The notes below the pieces were generated by a model that was not told the origin of the DNA, made no database searches, and saw only the letters and a program-made list of their open reading frames with translations. 64,000 nt of DNA from Thermoplasmatota archaeon. Its GTDB lineage: Archaea; Thermoplasmatota; Penumbrarchaeia; Penumbrarchaeales; Penumbrarchaeaceae. Positions 54,430-64,000 of this stretch are shown in pieces (the first letter of the stretch is position 1; each line of letters opens with the position of its first letter). Position numbers and translations under genes: made by a program. The stretch is from assembly GCA_025457865.1 (NCBI GenBank), contig JALOTP010000001.1:96457-160456 (forward strand), in the 5' to 3' direction.

Positions 54430-56895
54430 CTATCCCATGCTCCTTTCCCTGATGACGTTCGCTATGTTTATCCTCGAAATGTACCTGAGGGTCATCAGCG
54501 AGACTAAGATGACCACACCGAGGATCATGATGGAGCCAAGGAAGAAACCCAGGTTCGAGAACCTTATGGTCAGGTTGAAGGCCTCATAGTCGTCCCCCGT
54601 CATCCTCAGCATCAGGTTCGCAAAGATGAAGCCGAACAGGACACCAAGGGTCATGCCTGAGACTATCACGAACAAGGCCTCCAGGGATATGAGCCTGGAT
54701 ACCTTCGTCATGGTCGCTCCGAGGGTCTTCATGGTAGCATAGTCCCTCTCCTTCTCCTCTGCGCTTATCTTGAACATCGTATATACTATCGCCCCGGCAA
54801 GGGCGGTACTGACGAGCCCGAGGATCGATATGGAGGAGACGAAGAGGTCGAAGTACTGGTCCAGCATGCCCTTCCTCTCATCGATGTTGGTCACGGAGGA
54901 GACGCCGCTCGTCGTTATCAATGCGTTCTCGAGGGGAACGTTCCTATCTTGCGGATCGGTCCTGATGTGGACCAGGTTCGCCATACCCTCTAGACCGGTG
55001 AGTGTCTGGATGGTCTGAAGGTCCGAGAAACAGTAGGGGCCGAAATGGTTCCCCTGGATTCCGGAGACCTCAAGCTGCATCCTCTCCATCCGGAGCCCTA
55101 TGACAGGGTCAACGACCGGGAGCATGACCTCAACACTATCGCCCACAGAGAGCGACAGCTTATCTGCTTGAAGGCTGGAGATGACGAGCTTTCCGGGTAT
55201 GAAGGAGCCTCTGTCCATCTCGAACTTGAAAGATAGCAGAGGGTCCCTCATGGCGTAGAGGACGCTGCCCTCCTCATCCCCCGAAGGCCCTAACTGGGTG
55301 GGGATGAACATCCCAGGGTTCACCGATGCTATGTCCCTGTGCTCCTCGGTCCATACCTCTGTGGAGTTCGCAGTAACGAACCTGTCCATCTGGACCTCGT
55401 AGGTCCAAAGGTTCCCCTCGGTCGTAGTATCCAGGACGACAGTGAAGACCTCAAGGACCATGATTATCGAGAGGAACAGTCCCAATGATATCCCGACACC
55501 GAGGGCTGTCGATATCGACCTGCCAGGTTTCCTTAAGATGTTCCTTGCCGTCAGTTTTATGGATACCGGTATGGTGCTCGATCTGCCTATGCTCCCAGAG
55601 AGCTTCCCGACCCGCTTCTTGGAGAGCCCCTCCCTAGATTGGATGACATCTATGGGTCTGACCCTCAGAGCGAAGAAGGCGGGAATGACCGTACAAGCCC
55701 AGCAGAGCAGCAGTGCTATGGCCAATCCGAGAACGTAGTAGGACCAGGTAGTACCGTATTCCATGAGGGGAAAGTCCAGGAGCGAATCAAGGAGCGATAT
55801 GAAAGCTCTGTTCAACGGGATCGACAGGAGCCATCCCATGAATGTCCCGAGGACCGCCACGATGGTGCCTATGGTCCCGAAATAGATGAGTACCGCCCTG
55901 TCCGGGATACCGAGCGCCTTGAACACACCTATCTGCGGTCTGTGCGTCCTTATCATCCTCCTTAGCGCCATGACCAATCCGAAGGCGGAGACGCCCCATA
56001 TGATGATGGGGAAGATGCCCATGCCCTGCTTGTCGTTCTCGTAATCGTTGATGAGGAAGTACCTGGAGGGGTTGTCGTCCCCCTTCGTTATCTTGACCGG
56101 GATGCCCTTGGACTCGAAAGCGGTCCTTAGGAGTTCCTTTACCCCGTCGATATCGCTCTTGTCCTTGAGGGTCAGGACCAGGTCATTGAAGAGAGGCTCG
56201 GTCCCGTTGTCGAAAAAAAGACCCATGGCCGTAACCAGGGGTACGCAGATGACCCCGAAGGAACGCTCCTCGGGCAAAATGGAACCTTCCCTCACGACAT
56301 AGAAATACTCCGGGACGGCCGTCTGCTCCAGGACCGTCAGCTCCATGGCCCTTAACCCCTTGATGACCGTTATCGAGCTCCCCTTGGTCAGATCGTATGC
56401 CTTTGAGTATTTCCTCTCGAGATAGCATTCGTTATTGACCTCATTTGAGAATGCGGGGACATCGTCGACGTAGTAGAGCGGTCTGTTGACCGTCTGACCG
56501 TTCAGATCGGTCCTGCCATCCTTCAGTTCATAGCCCATGATGAGGCCCTTTGTGGTCCTGGTGACATCTCCGTCCGTGTGGTTTATGAAGACCTCGAAGG
56601 AGAGCCTCGCCTCAAGGTCCTCTATCATACCGTTCAGGGACGGCGATCCCATCAGGTCCTCTATGAAGGACCGATTGACCGCTGCCCCGTACTGCAGCTG
56701 GACCTGCATGTCCATGAAAAGGCTCTCTGAATAGATGGCATCAAGGGAATCCCCCCTGAGCCTTGAGAAATCGTTGAAGGAGGAATATGCTGCCACGCCC
56801 AGGCCTATGACCAGGGCAAGGAGGAAGTACTGGACCTTGTGGGCCCAAACCTCCCGCAGCCCTTTCTTCAGGAAGGTCTTTTTCATGTTCACCAC
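54430..56895 (-). CDS. ABC transporter permease, MacB/FtsX-like (two FtsX domains)
   Basis: 821 aa with an N-terminal TM, a large extracytoplasmic domain, then three TMs, repeated twice. Confidence 0.8.
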   Translation of the reverse strand: MVNMKKTFLKKGLREVWAHKVQYFLLALVIGLGVAAYSSFNDFSRLRGDSLDAIYSESLFMDMQVQLQYGAAVNRSFIEDLMGSPSLNGMIEDLEARLSFEVFINHTDGDVTRTTKGLIMGYELKDGRTDLNGQTVNRPLYYVDDVPAFSNEVNNECYLERKYSKAYDLTKGSSITVIKGLRAMELTVLEQTAVPEYFYVVREGSILPEERSFGVICVPLVTAMGLFFDNGTEPLFNDLVLTLKDKSDIDGVKELLRTAFESKGIPVKITKGDDNPSRYFLINDYENDKQGMGIFPIIIWGVSAFGLVMALRRMIRTHRPQIGVFKALGIPDRAVLIYFGTIGTIVAVLGTFMGWLLSIPLNRAFISLLDSLLDFPLMEYGTTWSYYVLGLAIALLLCWACTVIPAFFALRVRPIDVIQSREGLSKKRVGKLSGSIGRSSTIPVSIKLTARNILRKPGRSISTALGVGISLGLFLSIIMVLEVFTVVLDTTTEGNLWTYEVQMDRFVTANSTEVWTEEHRDIASVNPGMFIPTQLGPSGDEEGSVLYAMRDPLLSFKFEMDRGSFIPGKLVISSLQADKLSLSVGDSVEVMLPVVDPVIGLRMERMQLEVSGIQGNHFGPYCFSDLQTIQTLTGLEGMANLVHIRTDPQDRNVPLENALITTSGVSSVTNIDERKGMLDQYFDLFVSSISILGLVSTALAGAIVYTMFKISAEEKERDYATMKTLGATMTKVSRLISLEALFVIVSGMTLGVLFGFIFANLMLRMTGDDYEAFNLTIRFSNLGFFLGSIMILGVVILVSLMTLRYISRINIANVIRERSMG

Positions 56896-57620
56896 TCCAG
56901 TCTCTCCACGGGGGTGGGGACCTGGTCCTTAACTTCCCTGACGACCCTGCCATCCTTCAGGTAGAGGACCCTGTTCCCTATCTTTGCCAGTTCCTTGTTG
57001 TGCGTGACTATCAGAACGGCCCTTCCATCGCAGGCGAAGGATGTGAGCAGGGACAGTATCATCTTTCCAGTGGTATAGTCCAGTTCACCTGTGGGCTCAT
57101 CGGCCAGGAGTATCTTCGGTTCCTTGGAAAGGGCCCTGGCTATGGAGACCCTCTGCTGCTCACCGCCGGACAGCTGATAGGGATAGTGGTCCCCCCTTTC
57201 TCCCAGTCCTACCTTGGTCAGGAGCTCCTGCGACCTCCTGTGGGCCTCCCTACCGCTGATGTCCATGATATATTCCAGTACGAACTCTATGTTCTCCCTG
57301 GCGGTAAGGTTCGGAATGAGATTGAAGAACTGGAAGATGAAACCTATGTTCTTCTGCCTGTACCTTGTCAGCTGGCGCTGGTTCAGGGATTGGACCTGAT
57401 GACCATCTACCCACAATCTCCCGCTGGTGGGAGTATCTATACCACCTATCTGATTGAGGAGAGTCGTCTTCCCGCAGCCCGAGGGTCCAAGTATTATGGT
57501 GACCTGGTCCGGGTAGAGCTCCAAAGAAACGTCCTTCAAAGCGGTGACCGTGACCTCGCCCATCCTGTAGACCTTCGACATGTTCTCTATCCTGATGACC
57601 GGTCCTATCGTTCCATTCAT
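56889..57620 (-). CDS. ABC transporter ATP-binding protein (MacB/LolD-like)
   Basis: GPSGCGKTT Walker A, LSGGEQQRVSIARAL signature, ILLADEPTGELD Walker B. Overlaps the permease start. Confidence 0.9.
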   Translation of the reverse strand: MNGTIGPVIRIENMSKVYRMGEVTVTALKDVSLELYPDQVTIILGPSGCGKTTLLNQIGGIDTPTSGRLWVDGHQVQSLNQRQLTRYRQKNIGFIFQFFNLIPNLTARENIEFVLEYIMDISGREAHRRSQELLTKVGLGERGDHYPYQLSGGEQQRVSIARALSKEPKILLADEPTGELDYTTGKMILSLLTSFACDGRAVLIVTHNKELAKIGNRVLYLKDGRVVREVKDQVPTPVERLEW

Positions 57621-58255
57621 CTTCCCAGCTCCTTGTAATGGTCCAAGAAGGTCCCCTTCTTGGCGCCCAGCACCCTTTCAATTATGTCAAGGATCCTTTC
57701 AAGCGACTCCATGACGATACTCTTCATCGTATGGTCAGACGTCCCCTCACCAAACTGTTGGGATATGCCAAGTACAGCTATGGCAGCTTCCCTCGGGTAA
57801 GGGACATCGAAAAGGCCTTCCCTGTTTCCCTGTTCAATGACCCTTGTAAAGGTGTTGATAAGCGAAGGCAGCATCCTCTTTTCGAGCTTGTAGTGGAGGA
57901 TTGCGTTCCTTTCCTCATGGATGAGGTCGGTCATCTTCTCCCTGCCGACCGTCAAGGACAGGGATGCCCTTGTTATGAGGACAAACTTTTCCATCGCATT
58001 CCTCCCGGGGTCATCCTCAATTTCTCTCATCTTAACTGTGAACTCGTTCACCAGTCTGTCCGCGAAGGCTTCAAGGACCTCCTCCTTGGACCTGAAGTAG
58101 AGATAGAACGTCCCCTGGGCGACCCCGACCTTCCTTACGATATCCGAGACGGCCGTATCGTCATACCCCTTCTCTTCGAAGAGGGCCTCTGCCGCATCTA
58201 TGAGCTCCTCCTTTCTGACCTCAGGGTCCTTGGATATGCGTGGTCCGGGGTTCAA
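57617..58255 (-). CDS. TetR/AcrR-family transcriptional regulator
   Basis: N-terminal HTH FEEKGYDDTAVSDIVRKVGVAQGTFYLYF. 212 aa, overlapping the ABC ATPase start. Confidence 0.85.
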   Translation of the reverse strand: MNPGPRISKDPEVRKEELIDAAEALFEEKGYDDTAVSDIVRKVGVAQGTFYLYFRSKEEVLEAFADRLVNEFTVKMREIEDDPGRNAMEKFVLITRASLSLTVGREKMTDLIHEERNAILHYKLEKRMLPSLINTFTRVIEQGNREGLFDVPYPREAAIAVLGISQQFGEGTSDHTMKSIVMESLERILDIIERVLGAKKGTFLDHYKELGR

Positions 58256-58278
58256 AGCTATGACACCTTCATAATCAC

Positions 58279-58310
58279 TGACTGACTATCAGTCATAATA
58301 AATATTTATG
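58279..58310 (-). promoter_or_regulatory. Perfect 7-bp-arm palindrome TGACTGA-CTA-TCAGTCA between an AT-rich box and the tetR start (candidate TetR operator)
   Basis: Palindrome at 58279-58295 and AT-rich ATAATAAATATTTAT at 58296-58310. The tetR start codon is at 58255. Confidence 0.45.
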
Positions 58311-58362
58311 TTTTACTGGGGAAATCCCTCAAATGGGACAGAGATGCATGGATGTTCCAAGG

Positions 58363-59043
58363 TCAGATATGGCCTTTTGAGGTCCTTATGAAACCATTAA
58401 TGACCTTGGTCCCGAAAGCAAGGACGCTCTCTGGAGCGTTATCATAGGCCTCTGGATGGAACTGGACCGCATGGACGTGTCTGGTCCTGTGCTTTGCATA
58501 TTGAACGTAGGAGGATCCCCCATCCCTGCTAACAGAACGGACCGAGAAGTCCCGTATGAGTACAGGGTCGTCCGGAGGGACGTAGTCCCTGTGGCTAACA
58601 TTGACTGGATGCTCACCGTTCCCCATGATCCCGCCCTCATCCCCATCCACATGGACCGTGATATCCCTCCCGTTCGGGAGCAGGAACTCGGTGGAATCCG
58701 GGTTCCGCATCACTTTGCAGCCAAAGGCATAGAGGACCAGATGGAAGCCGAAGCAGATCCCGAGGATAGGAAGGGGCGAGTCCCTGACCAGGTCGATCTC
58801 CATCCCTACCTTCCCCCGGTCCATAGGGTCCGAGATGTTCATGCCGGAACCGGAAAGGACCATCCGGTCGAATCCTTTCTCGATCGTCCTTATCCCGGGA
58901 AGGTCCTCGTAGCGTATGGTCACCACTTTGACCGGATATGAACGGAGGGTGTCCTCAAGCCTCTTTATCCGATGGTTCTTCTTCCCCTCCTCCTTGACTG
59001 TATTGTCGATGAGGAGGACTTTTGGTCTGGACCGTTCTATCAT
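58363..59043 (-). CDS. Class I glutamine amidotransferase-like protein
   Basis: The GICFGFHL nucleophile elbow and the HVHAVQFHPE His/Glu motif. 226 aa. Confidence 0.75.
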   Translation of the reverse strand: MIERSRPKVLLIDNTVKEEGKKNHRIKRLEDTLRSYPVKVVTIRYEDLPGIRTIEKGFDRMVLSGSGMNISDPMDRGKVGMEIDLVRDSPLPILGICFGFHLVLYAFGCKVMRNPDSTEFLLPNGRDITVHVDGDEGGIMGNGEHPVNVSHRDYVPPDDPVLIRDFSVRSVSRDGGSSYVQYAKHRTRHVHAVQFHPEAYDNAPESVLAFGTKVINGFIRTSKGHI

Positions 59044-59273
59044 CCGTGATCATCCAGTAACTTAGAGATAGAACAGGAGAAGGCTCTTCAATCTTTCCTA
59101 TGCATAACGTTCGGTCCATCACTCTGGCCCACAACGGATAATAATTAATCGAATGAAGGTCATTCCCTATATCGTGGGGGAACTAGTTCTGGAGCGGCCC
59201 ATCCTTGGCCCCTCTCCATGTAGGTTCCTGGTTTAGGGCATGATATGCCCTTCTATGACGTGAGGTGGTCAGT

Positions 59274-62200
59274 ATGGGTCGAACAAAGATAGTACTGATT
59301 TCGGTGATCTGTTTTGTACTTGTGGTGGGACCGATCTTAGACCCGGTCATCACTGGCTGGGTCAAGGGGCTGGGAGATGGCATGGACCTGGACACCAGGG
59401 CAGCCGTAATACCAGGGCCTTACAGGAACCTCAAGAAACTGGTGGACGATCTCCTTGCCGTTACAACGGATTGGACGGATTCGGATGAGGATGGCCTACC
59501 CGATGCGGTGGAAAGGATAATCGGGACCGAGTACGAAAATGCCGATAGCGACTACGACACATTGAACGATTCATATGAGGTGTCGCTGAACATCGACCCG
59601 TTGAAGGCCGACTCCAACGATGACGGATTGGTGGACCCTCGCGAGGTCTTGGATGTCCCATTGGACGTCGATGGAGATGGCGCACCCAACGGATGGGATC
59701 GGGACAATGACAATGACGGCTTCGAAGATGGTACGGACAAGTCACCCAGTGCCTGTACCGATCTTATAGATACCTTCCATCTGGACCTGAACACTACGGG
59801 AAAGCCCCTTTACATTTCCATGCAGCTCAGGCCCAAGAACCCGGAAAAGATGAAATTGATGCTCGGGACACTGGATTGGCCTTACGATGATAAGGGAGTG
59901 ATGAAGGACCTGGACAATTCGACCGGGGACGTCCTGGTATCGCCGATATTGAAATTGAAGGGGAATGTTTTACCAGCCCAGGATGAAGTGGTCGAATACG
60001 GCATGAAGGTCGGGGAAGATGGGGTAAAAGCACCGCTTTCCGCCGAGTGGGAATACGGACGCGTCGTTGGCTTAGGCGCCAAGATATTCTACCCGGGATC
60101 GGCAGAACCCATGAATCTGAGCCTGGATATGAGCATAGAATGGGTGGTGACGGGTATCACCGATACCGAGGTAAGGACGATCAAGGCCAATGATCAGAAA
60201 TACCTGACATCGATGGGCTCAGGATCGGTGAAGGCCAACTCCACCGAGAGGACCGAGCCCCAGCGGTTCGGTTGGGAGAGGATCGGCGAAGACAAGGTAT
60301 CTCTCAGGACAGCTGGCGGATATTATATCGGGGTGGACATGGACGGAAAGGTAAGATCCGGATTCGAAACGCGCGATGATCAATGTATATTCACGATAAA
60401 AAAAGAGACCGGCTACCAATATCTCACCGATGAAAACGGAAATTACTTAGTCCTGCTGGATGACGGCTCGATCGGAACGACAAAGGACAGGTCGGAAAAG
60501 GCAAGATTCGTCATTGAGAATGATGGTGTGCGGAAGAACAGCATCACACTCATGACCTATACGGATGAGTTCGTGATAGCGAGTCTAACGATTTCGGAGA
60601 ATTACGGGACCGATATCGGCCTGGTCTATTCCGAGGACGCGGAGGAGATGATCGCAGCGAACATGGTCCTTACAAGCAGTTACATGAGGAACTATTCTCT
60701 CAAATTGGATGAGATTCCCGAATTCCTCCAGGCGAGGAACATCACGATCCGCAATTCAACAGGAAGTTACCAGCATTCCGACCTGGCCGTCAAGGCTGCC
60801 CTGGGAACGATGGTTATTGAGGCTTTCGAGACCCTACCTGAGGGAGAGTTGTGTTCCATCACCACCTTAATGGAGGACAGTGCATCCATCGCCGACCTGA
60901 CGGGTATATCTTCCTTGAACGGCAGCTCTTTTTCTGTGGATATGTCGGATGTTCCAATTATCACGACAAGGCTCATGAAATCGACATGGTACGAACCCCC
61001 GTCGAAGGAACCGTTGGGACCCAGTGAATTCCTTTTACGGATCGATCCTTTGCTGGACCCGCTCAAGGATGAGGACAAGAAGTCGATGATCGGTATGGTC
61101 CTGTTCTGGAACGTGGGCGAGATACGGGTCATGAAGATAGGTGATGATGTAAAGGGTAACGGGACCGATGAATGGATGGAGGAAGCCTCGAGATGGAGCG
61201 GGGCAATAGTAGGAAGCATAAGTTTCGTCATCAATTTCGTGAAGGATTTCGTATTGCCGGTCCTTGAGTTCCTTACGTTCATGTATAAGCAATTCACGAC
61301 GAGCAGCCAGTTCCTGATCGCGATCATAAAAGGCACTGGCGCATCTGTACTGTACATCCTTAAATCCTTCAAGGACTGGGGCGCCTGGGGTTCGTCTGTC
61401 GCTAAGGTCCTTTTCGGGGTGGGGATCGTGATAAGCATCATCGGTTACGTCATAGATGTGGCGCTCCTCATATTCAATCTTGTGGCAATGTACGGCGCTG
61501 CTGCTTGCGACCCGTTCCAGATCACATTGACCACGATCTATGCTGTCATGGCTTTTTCATGGATAACAGCCCTGTTCGGAGTAGGCCTCTTCTTCTCGAT
61601 CCTAACCTTCATACTGAGCCTTCAAGCGATACCGGTAGGTGGCCAGATCGCAGGTTTCATAATCGGAGTGGTAGTGGCCATCGTCGGTTTGCTCTATGCG
61701 CTCGAGGAGCTGGTAGTCTCACTAATAACAGGTAAGAGCGGATCCGAATGGGTTATATCCTGGATCATAGGACTGATCTCAGGTGTGTGGGTGCTTACGA
61801 GCGTGGACATGGACCTGTTCAGTTCGGAGATATCGATAGATGATGTGACGGGTAACGGTCTCGATTCAAATGACAGGATCGAATTCAAGAACATCTGGGA
61901 CACTACTGTTACAAGGGATGATAAAGGAACGGCTGACCAGCTCAAGAACTCGTATATCCGACCCGATTACAGGATCTCGGTCCCCATGAACACTTCGGCC
62001 GGTCGGGTGTACTTCGAAACCGGCAATTACTCCAAAGTGATATCAAGCCAGGTCACGGACAATGAGAAGAAAGTACGATACGAATCGGGTGCATGGATCA
62101 AACCCGGCACCGGGATGGTGAACTATCCTGTGGTCGTTGACCTATTGATGAGCTACTCAAGGTACTATCAGGAATACCTTTTCTGGGGACTCATCCCGTT

Positions 62201-64000
62201 CGATCCCAAGACCGATTCCTCTGTTTCGGTCCTGGACACCTCGACCCATTATTTCGATATCTTGCCAGCCACAATCGATGAGTTCAACACCTGGAGATAT
62301 CTGATACATGCTGATGCGGACGGTGACGGGATCAACAATACGGATGAGGTCGGAACGGACCCGATGAGATGGGACACCGACGGGGATGGGCTCGGGGACA
62401 AGTACGAGCTGGACATCGGTTATGTGCCAAATGCCTCGGATTCGGATGGAGACGGATTGGTGGACAAGAGGGAGTTGTTCGCACGGATCGATCCGATGGA
62501 TGAGGATTCGGATGACGACGGTCTGACGGACATGGAAGAGCTCGAGGGATGGGTGATCAATTTCAGCTATTGTGGGAAGGATTTCGAGTGGCACATCATA
62601 TCGAACCCGGGGTACTCTGACACCGATGGGGACGGGCTCAACGATACCATGGAGTACCTCTGCCTCCTGAATCCAATGTCATACGATACGAACGGCGACG
62701 GGATGGACGACGAGCTGCAGGATTATACGACGACAGAGATCGAGCACGTCGAGACGATCGGCGATGATGACGGATACGCTCTCAAATCCTGCTATGGAGT
62801 AACTGTCCTGGAGGATGGAGGCTTGATCATGATCGGCACCAAGGATTTTAAAGATGATACCCTTGTGAAGATCGGTCCAGAAGGTGCGATCGTTTGGAAT
62901 TATACCGATCCGTATTCGCCCTTCGACGGGTTCGTGGATGTGGATTGCGGACCGGACGGGCGGATCTATGCATCCAATTATTATAACTATGACCCAACGG
63001 ATTCGATCGGGGTATGGGTCCTGAATCCCAATGGGACATATAATTCGACATTGCTGTTCCCGGACTTTGTTGTGGGTGTGCCAAATGCATTTTGGGTAAA
63101 AAGTCTGGCATTGGATGACGAAGGAAATCTCTATACATTGAGCACGTCCGATAGGGGCTTTGAACACATAGGATATCCAATTCAAGCCGGAGTGCATCTC
63201 GTCAAATTCTATCCGAACGGAACGGTCGCGGACATGTATTCGTTCCCTTCAGGGTCCACTAATCCTTTCCCGGGAGGGATCGAGTCCTTCCCGGACGGGA
63301 ACTGGCGCGGCACTCTGGACATCGACAGCAAAGGCAACATGTTCATCACGGATCCTTCCAGGGACCGGGTCCTGATCTTCGACCGTGAATATAATTTGCA
63401 GTTGGTCTGGGATATGACCCAGTTCGGTGAAGTGAAGGATCTCCAGATCGATGATGATGATAATGTCTACATCTGCGGATACGATGGTAGCCACGACCTG
63501 ATGCAGAAGTTCGATAGATACCGCAGGGTGATCGCGGAATGGTCCACTGATCTTTACGAGAACTCGGTGTGCCCCGATGGATCGGGTTTCGTCTATGTCG
63601 GCGGAGATGCGGCGACCGAACCTTACAGGGGTAGGATAATGAGGTTCTGGGAGAACGTCACTTTCCATCGGGTCTCGGAGAATTTCACTTACACTGATAC
63701 CGATGGGGAGGGGTTGACCGATGTTTTGGAGGAAACGGGGTGGAACGTGACCGTATCGTTGAAACATGCCTCCATTTCGTACCATATCAATTCGAGCATT
63801 AATTTAGTAGATACGGACATGGACGGATTGGATGACCTGGAAGAGTTCGAACTGGGATCGGATCCAAGGAATATAGATTCCGATATGGACTCTGTCCCGG
63901 ACCCGACAGAAGCACAGACCGGGACAAATCTGACATCATGGGACACGGATGGGGACGGACTAGGGGACGGACAGGAGGAGACGTTCAATAGCGATCCGTT
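59274..64000 (+). CDS. Very large protein (at least 1575 aa, 3' end outside the window): TSP3-like Ca-binding repeats, multi-TM core, NHL-like beta-propeller repeats
   Basis: I translated this myself because it has no stop before the window end. N-terminal TM, then DSDEDGLPD / DSNDDGLVD / DVDGDGAPNGWD repeats. About five TM helices fall in aa ~640-800, then DADGDGINNTDE / DTDGDGLGDKYE / DSDGDGLVDKRE repeats, then NHL-like blades (DDEGNLYTL, DSKGNMFITD). GC is ~48%. Confidence 0.7.
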   Translation, partial: MGRTKIVLISVICFVLVVGPILDPVITGWVKGLGDGMDLDTRAAVIPGPYRNLKKLVDDLLAVTTDWTDSDEDGLPDAVERIIGTEYENADSDYDTLNDSYEVSLNIDPLKADSNDDGLVDPREVLDVPLDVDGDGAPNGWDRDNDNDGFEDGTDKSPSACTDLIDTFHLDLNTTGKPLYISMQLRPKNPEKMKLMLGTLDWPYDDKGVMKDLDNSTGDVLVSPILKLKGNVLPAQDEVVEYGMKVGEDGVKAPLSAEWEYGRVVGLGAKIFYPGSAEPMNLSLDMSIEWVVTGITDTEVRTIKANDQKYLTSMGSGSVKANSTERTEPQRFGWERIGEDKVSLRTAGGYYIGVDMDGKVRSGFETRDDQCIFTIKKETGYQYLTDENGNYLVLLDDGSIGTTKDRSEKARFVIENDGVRKNSITLMTYTDEFVIASLTISENYGTDIGLVYSEDAEEMIAANMVLTSSYMRNYSLKLDEIPEFLQARNITIRNSTGSYQHSDLAVKAALGTMVIEAFETLPEGELCSITTLMEDSASIADLTGISSLNGSSFSVDMSDVPIITTRLMKSTWYEPPSKEPLGPSEFLLRIDPLLDPLKDEDKKSMIGMVLFWNVGEIRVMKIGDDVKGNGTDEWMEEASRWSGAIVGSISFVINFVKDFVLPVLEFLTFMYKQFTTSSQFLIAIIKGTGASVLYILKSFKDWGAWGSSVAKVLFGVGIVISIIGYVIDVALLIFNLVAMYGAAACDPFQITLTTIYAVMAFSWITALFGVGLFFSILTFILSLQAIPVGGQIAGFIIGVVVAIVGLLYALEELVVSLITGKSGSEWVISWIIGLISGVWVLTSVDMDLFSSEISIDDVTGNGLDSNDRIEFKNIWDTTVTRDDKGTADQLKNSYIRPDYRISVPMNTSAGRVYFETGNYSKVISSQVTDNEKKVRYESGAWIKPGTGMVNYPVVVDLLMSYSRYYQEYLFWGLIPFDPKTDSSVSVLDTSTHYFDILPATIDEFNTWRYLIHADADGDGINNTDEVGTDPMRWDTDGDGLGDKYELDIGYVPNASDSDGDGLVDKRELFARIDPMDEDSDDDGLTDMEELEGWVINFSYCGKDFEWHIISNPGYSDTDGDGLNDTMEYLCLLNPMSYDTNGDGMDDELQDYTTTEIEHVETIGDDDGYALKSCYGVTVLEDGGLIMIGTKDFKDDTLVKIGPEGAIVWNYTDPYSPFDGFVDVDCGPDGRIYASNYYNYDPTDSIGVWVLNPNGTYNSTLLFPDFVVGVPNAFWVKSLALDDEGNLYTLSTSDRGFEHIGYPIQAGVHLVKFYPNGTVADMYSFPSGSTNPFPGGIESFPDGNWRGTLDIDSKGNMFITDPSRDRVLIFDREYNLQLVWDMTQFGEVKDLQIDDDDNVYICGYDGSHDLMQKFDRYRRVIAEWSTDLYENSVCPDGSGFVYVGGDAATEPYRGRIMRFWENVTFHRVSENFTYTDTDGEGLTDVLEETGWNVTVSLKHASISYHINSSINLVDTDMDGLDDLEEFELGSDPRNIDSDMDSVPDPTEAQTGTNLTSWDTDGDGLGDGQEETFNSDP

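Noticed and set aside
1-64000. CRISPR arrays, rRNA genes, integrases or transposases
   Set aside because: I found no regularly spaced direct repeats, no rRNA-like conserved stretches, and no recombinase or transposase-like ORFs anywhere in the window, including inside the AT-rich island.

Overview
The window reads as an archaeal chromosome segment of roughly 58-60% GC. TBP, ABCE1, the MptA-type GTP cyclohydrolase, the AcnX/phosphomevalonate-dehydratase large subunit and sequon-rich surface proteins all point to an archaeon, possibly Thermoplasmatota-like, but I cannot place it. Most of it is housekeeping: an MFS transporter, endonuclease IV-like protein, LarB, enolase, PRPP synthetase, a universal stress protein, a multi-PAS histidine kinase, and a MacB-like ABC exporter with its TetR regulator. 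Four things depart from that background. (1) An AT-rich island of about 3 kb (9300-12303, about 25-30% GC) sits inside a VapB-family antitoxin ORF and carries two tandem pairs of a metzincin-like zinc-metallopeptidase gene followed by a lipoprotein gene. (2) A three-gene cassette (14100-15852) encodes a ribbon-helix-helix protein, a 62-aa protein and a divergent FtsZ/tubulin-superfamily GTPase, behind a TATA box and a palindrome. (3) A translationally coupled AddB/AddA-like helicase-nuclease pair (28245-34567), a mostly bacterial system. (4) A surface-protein region (34.5-54.4 kb): two tandem paralogous 1420-aa FG-GAP/Ig-like giants with near-identical cytoplasmic tails, two further surface proteins whose cytoplasmic tails end in zinc ribbons, and separately (from 59274) a lower-GC ORF of at least 1575 aa with thrombospondin-type-3-like repeats, a multi-TM core and NHL-like repeats that runs off the window. 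No rRNA, tRNA or CRISPR array was found. All calls rest on reading the translations; no database search was possible.
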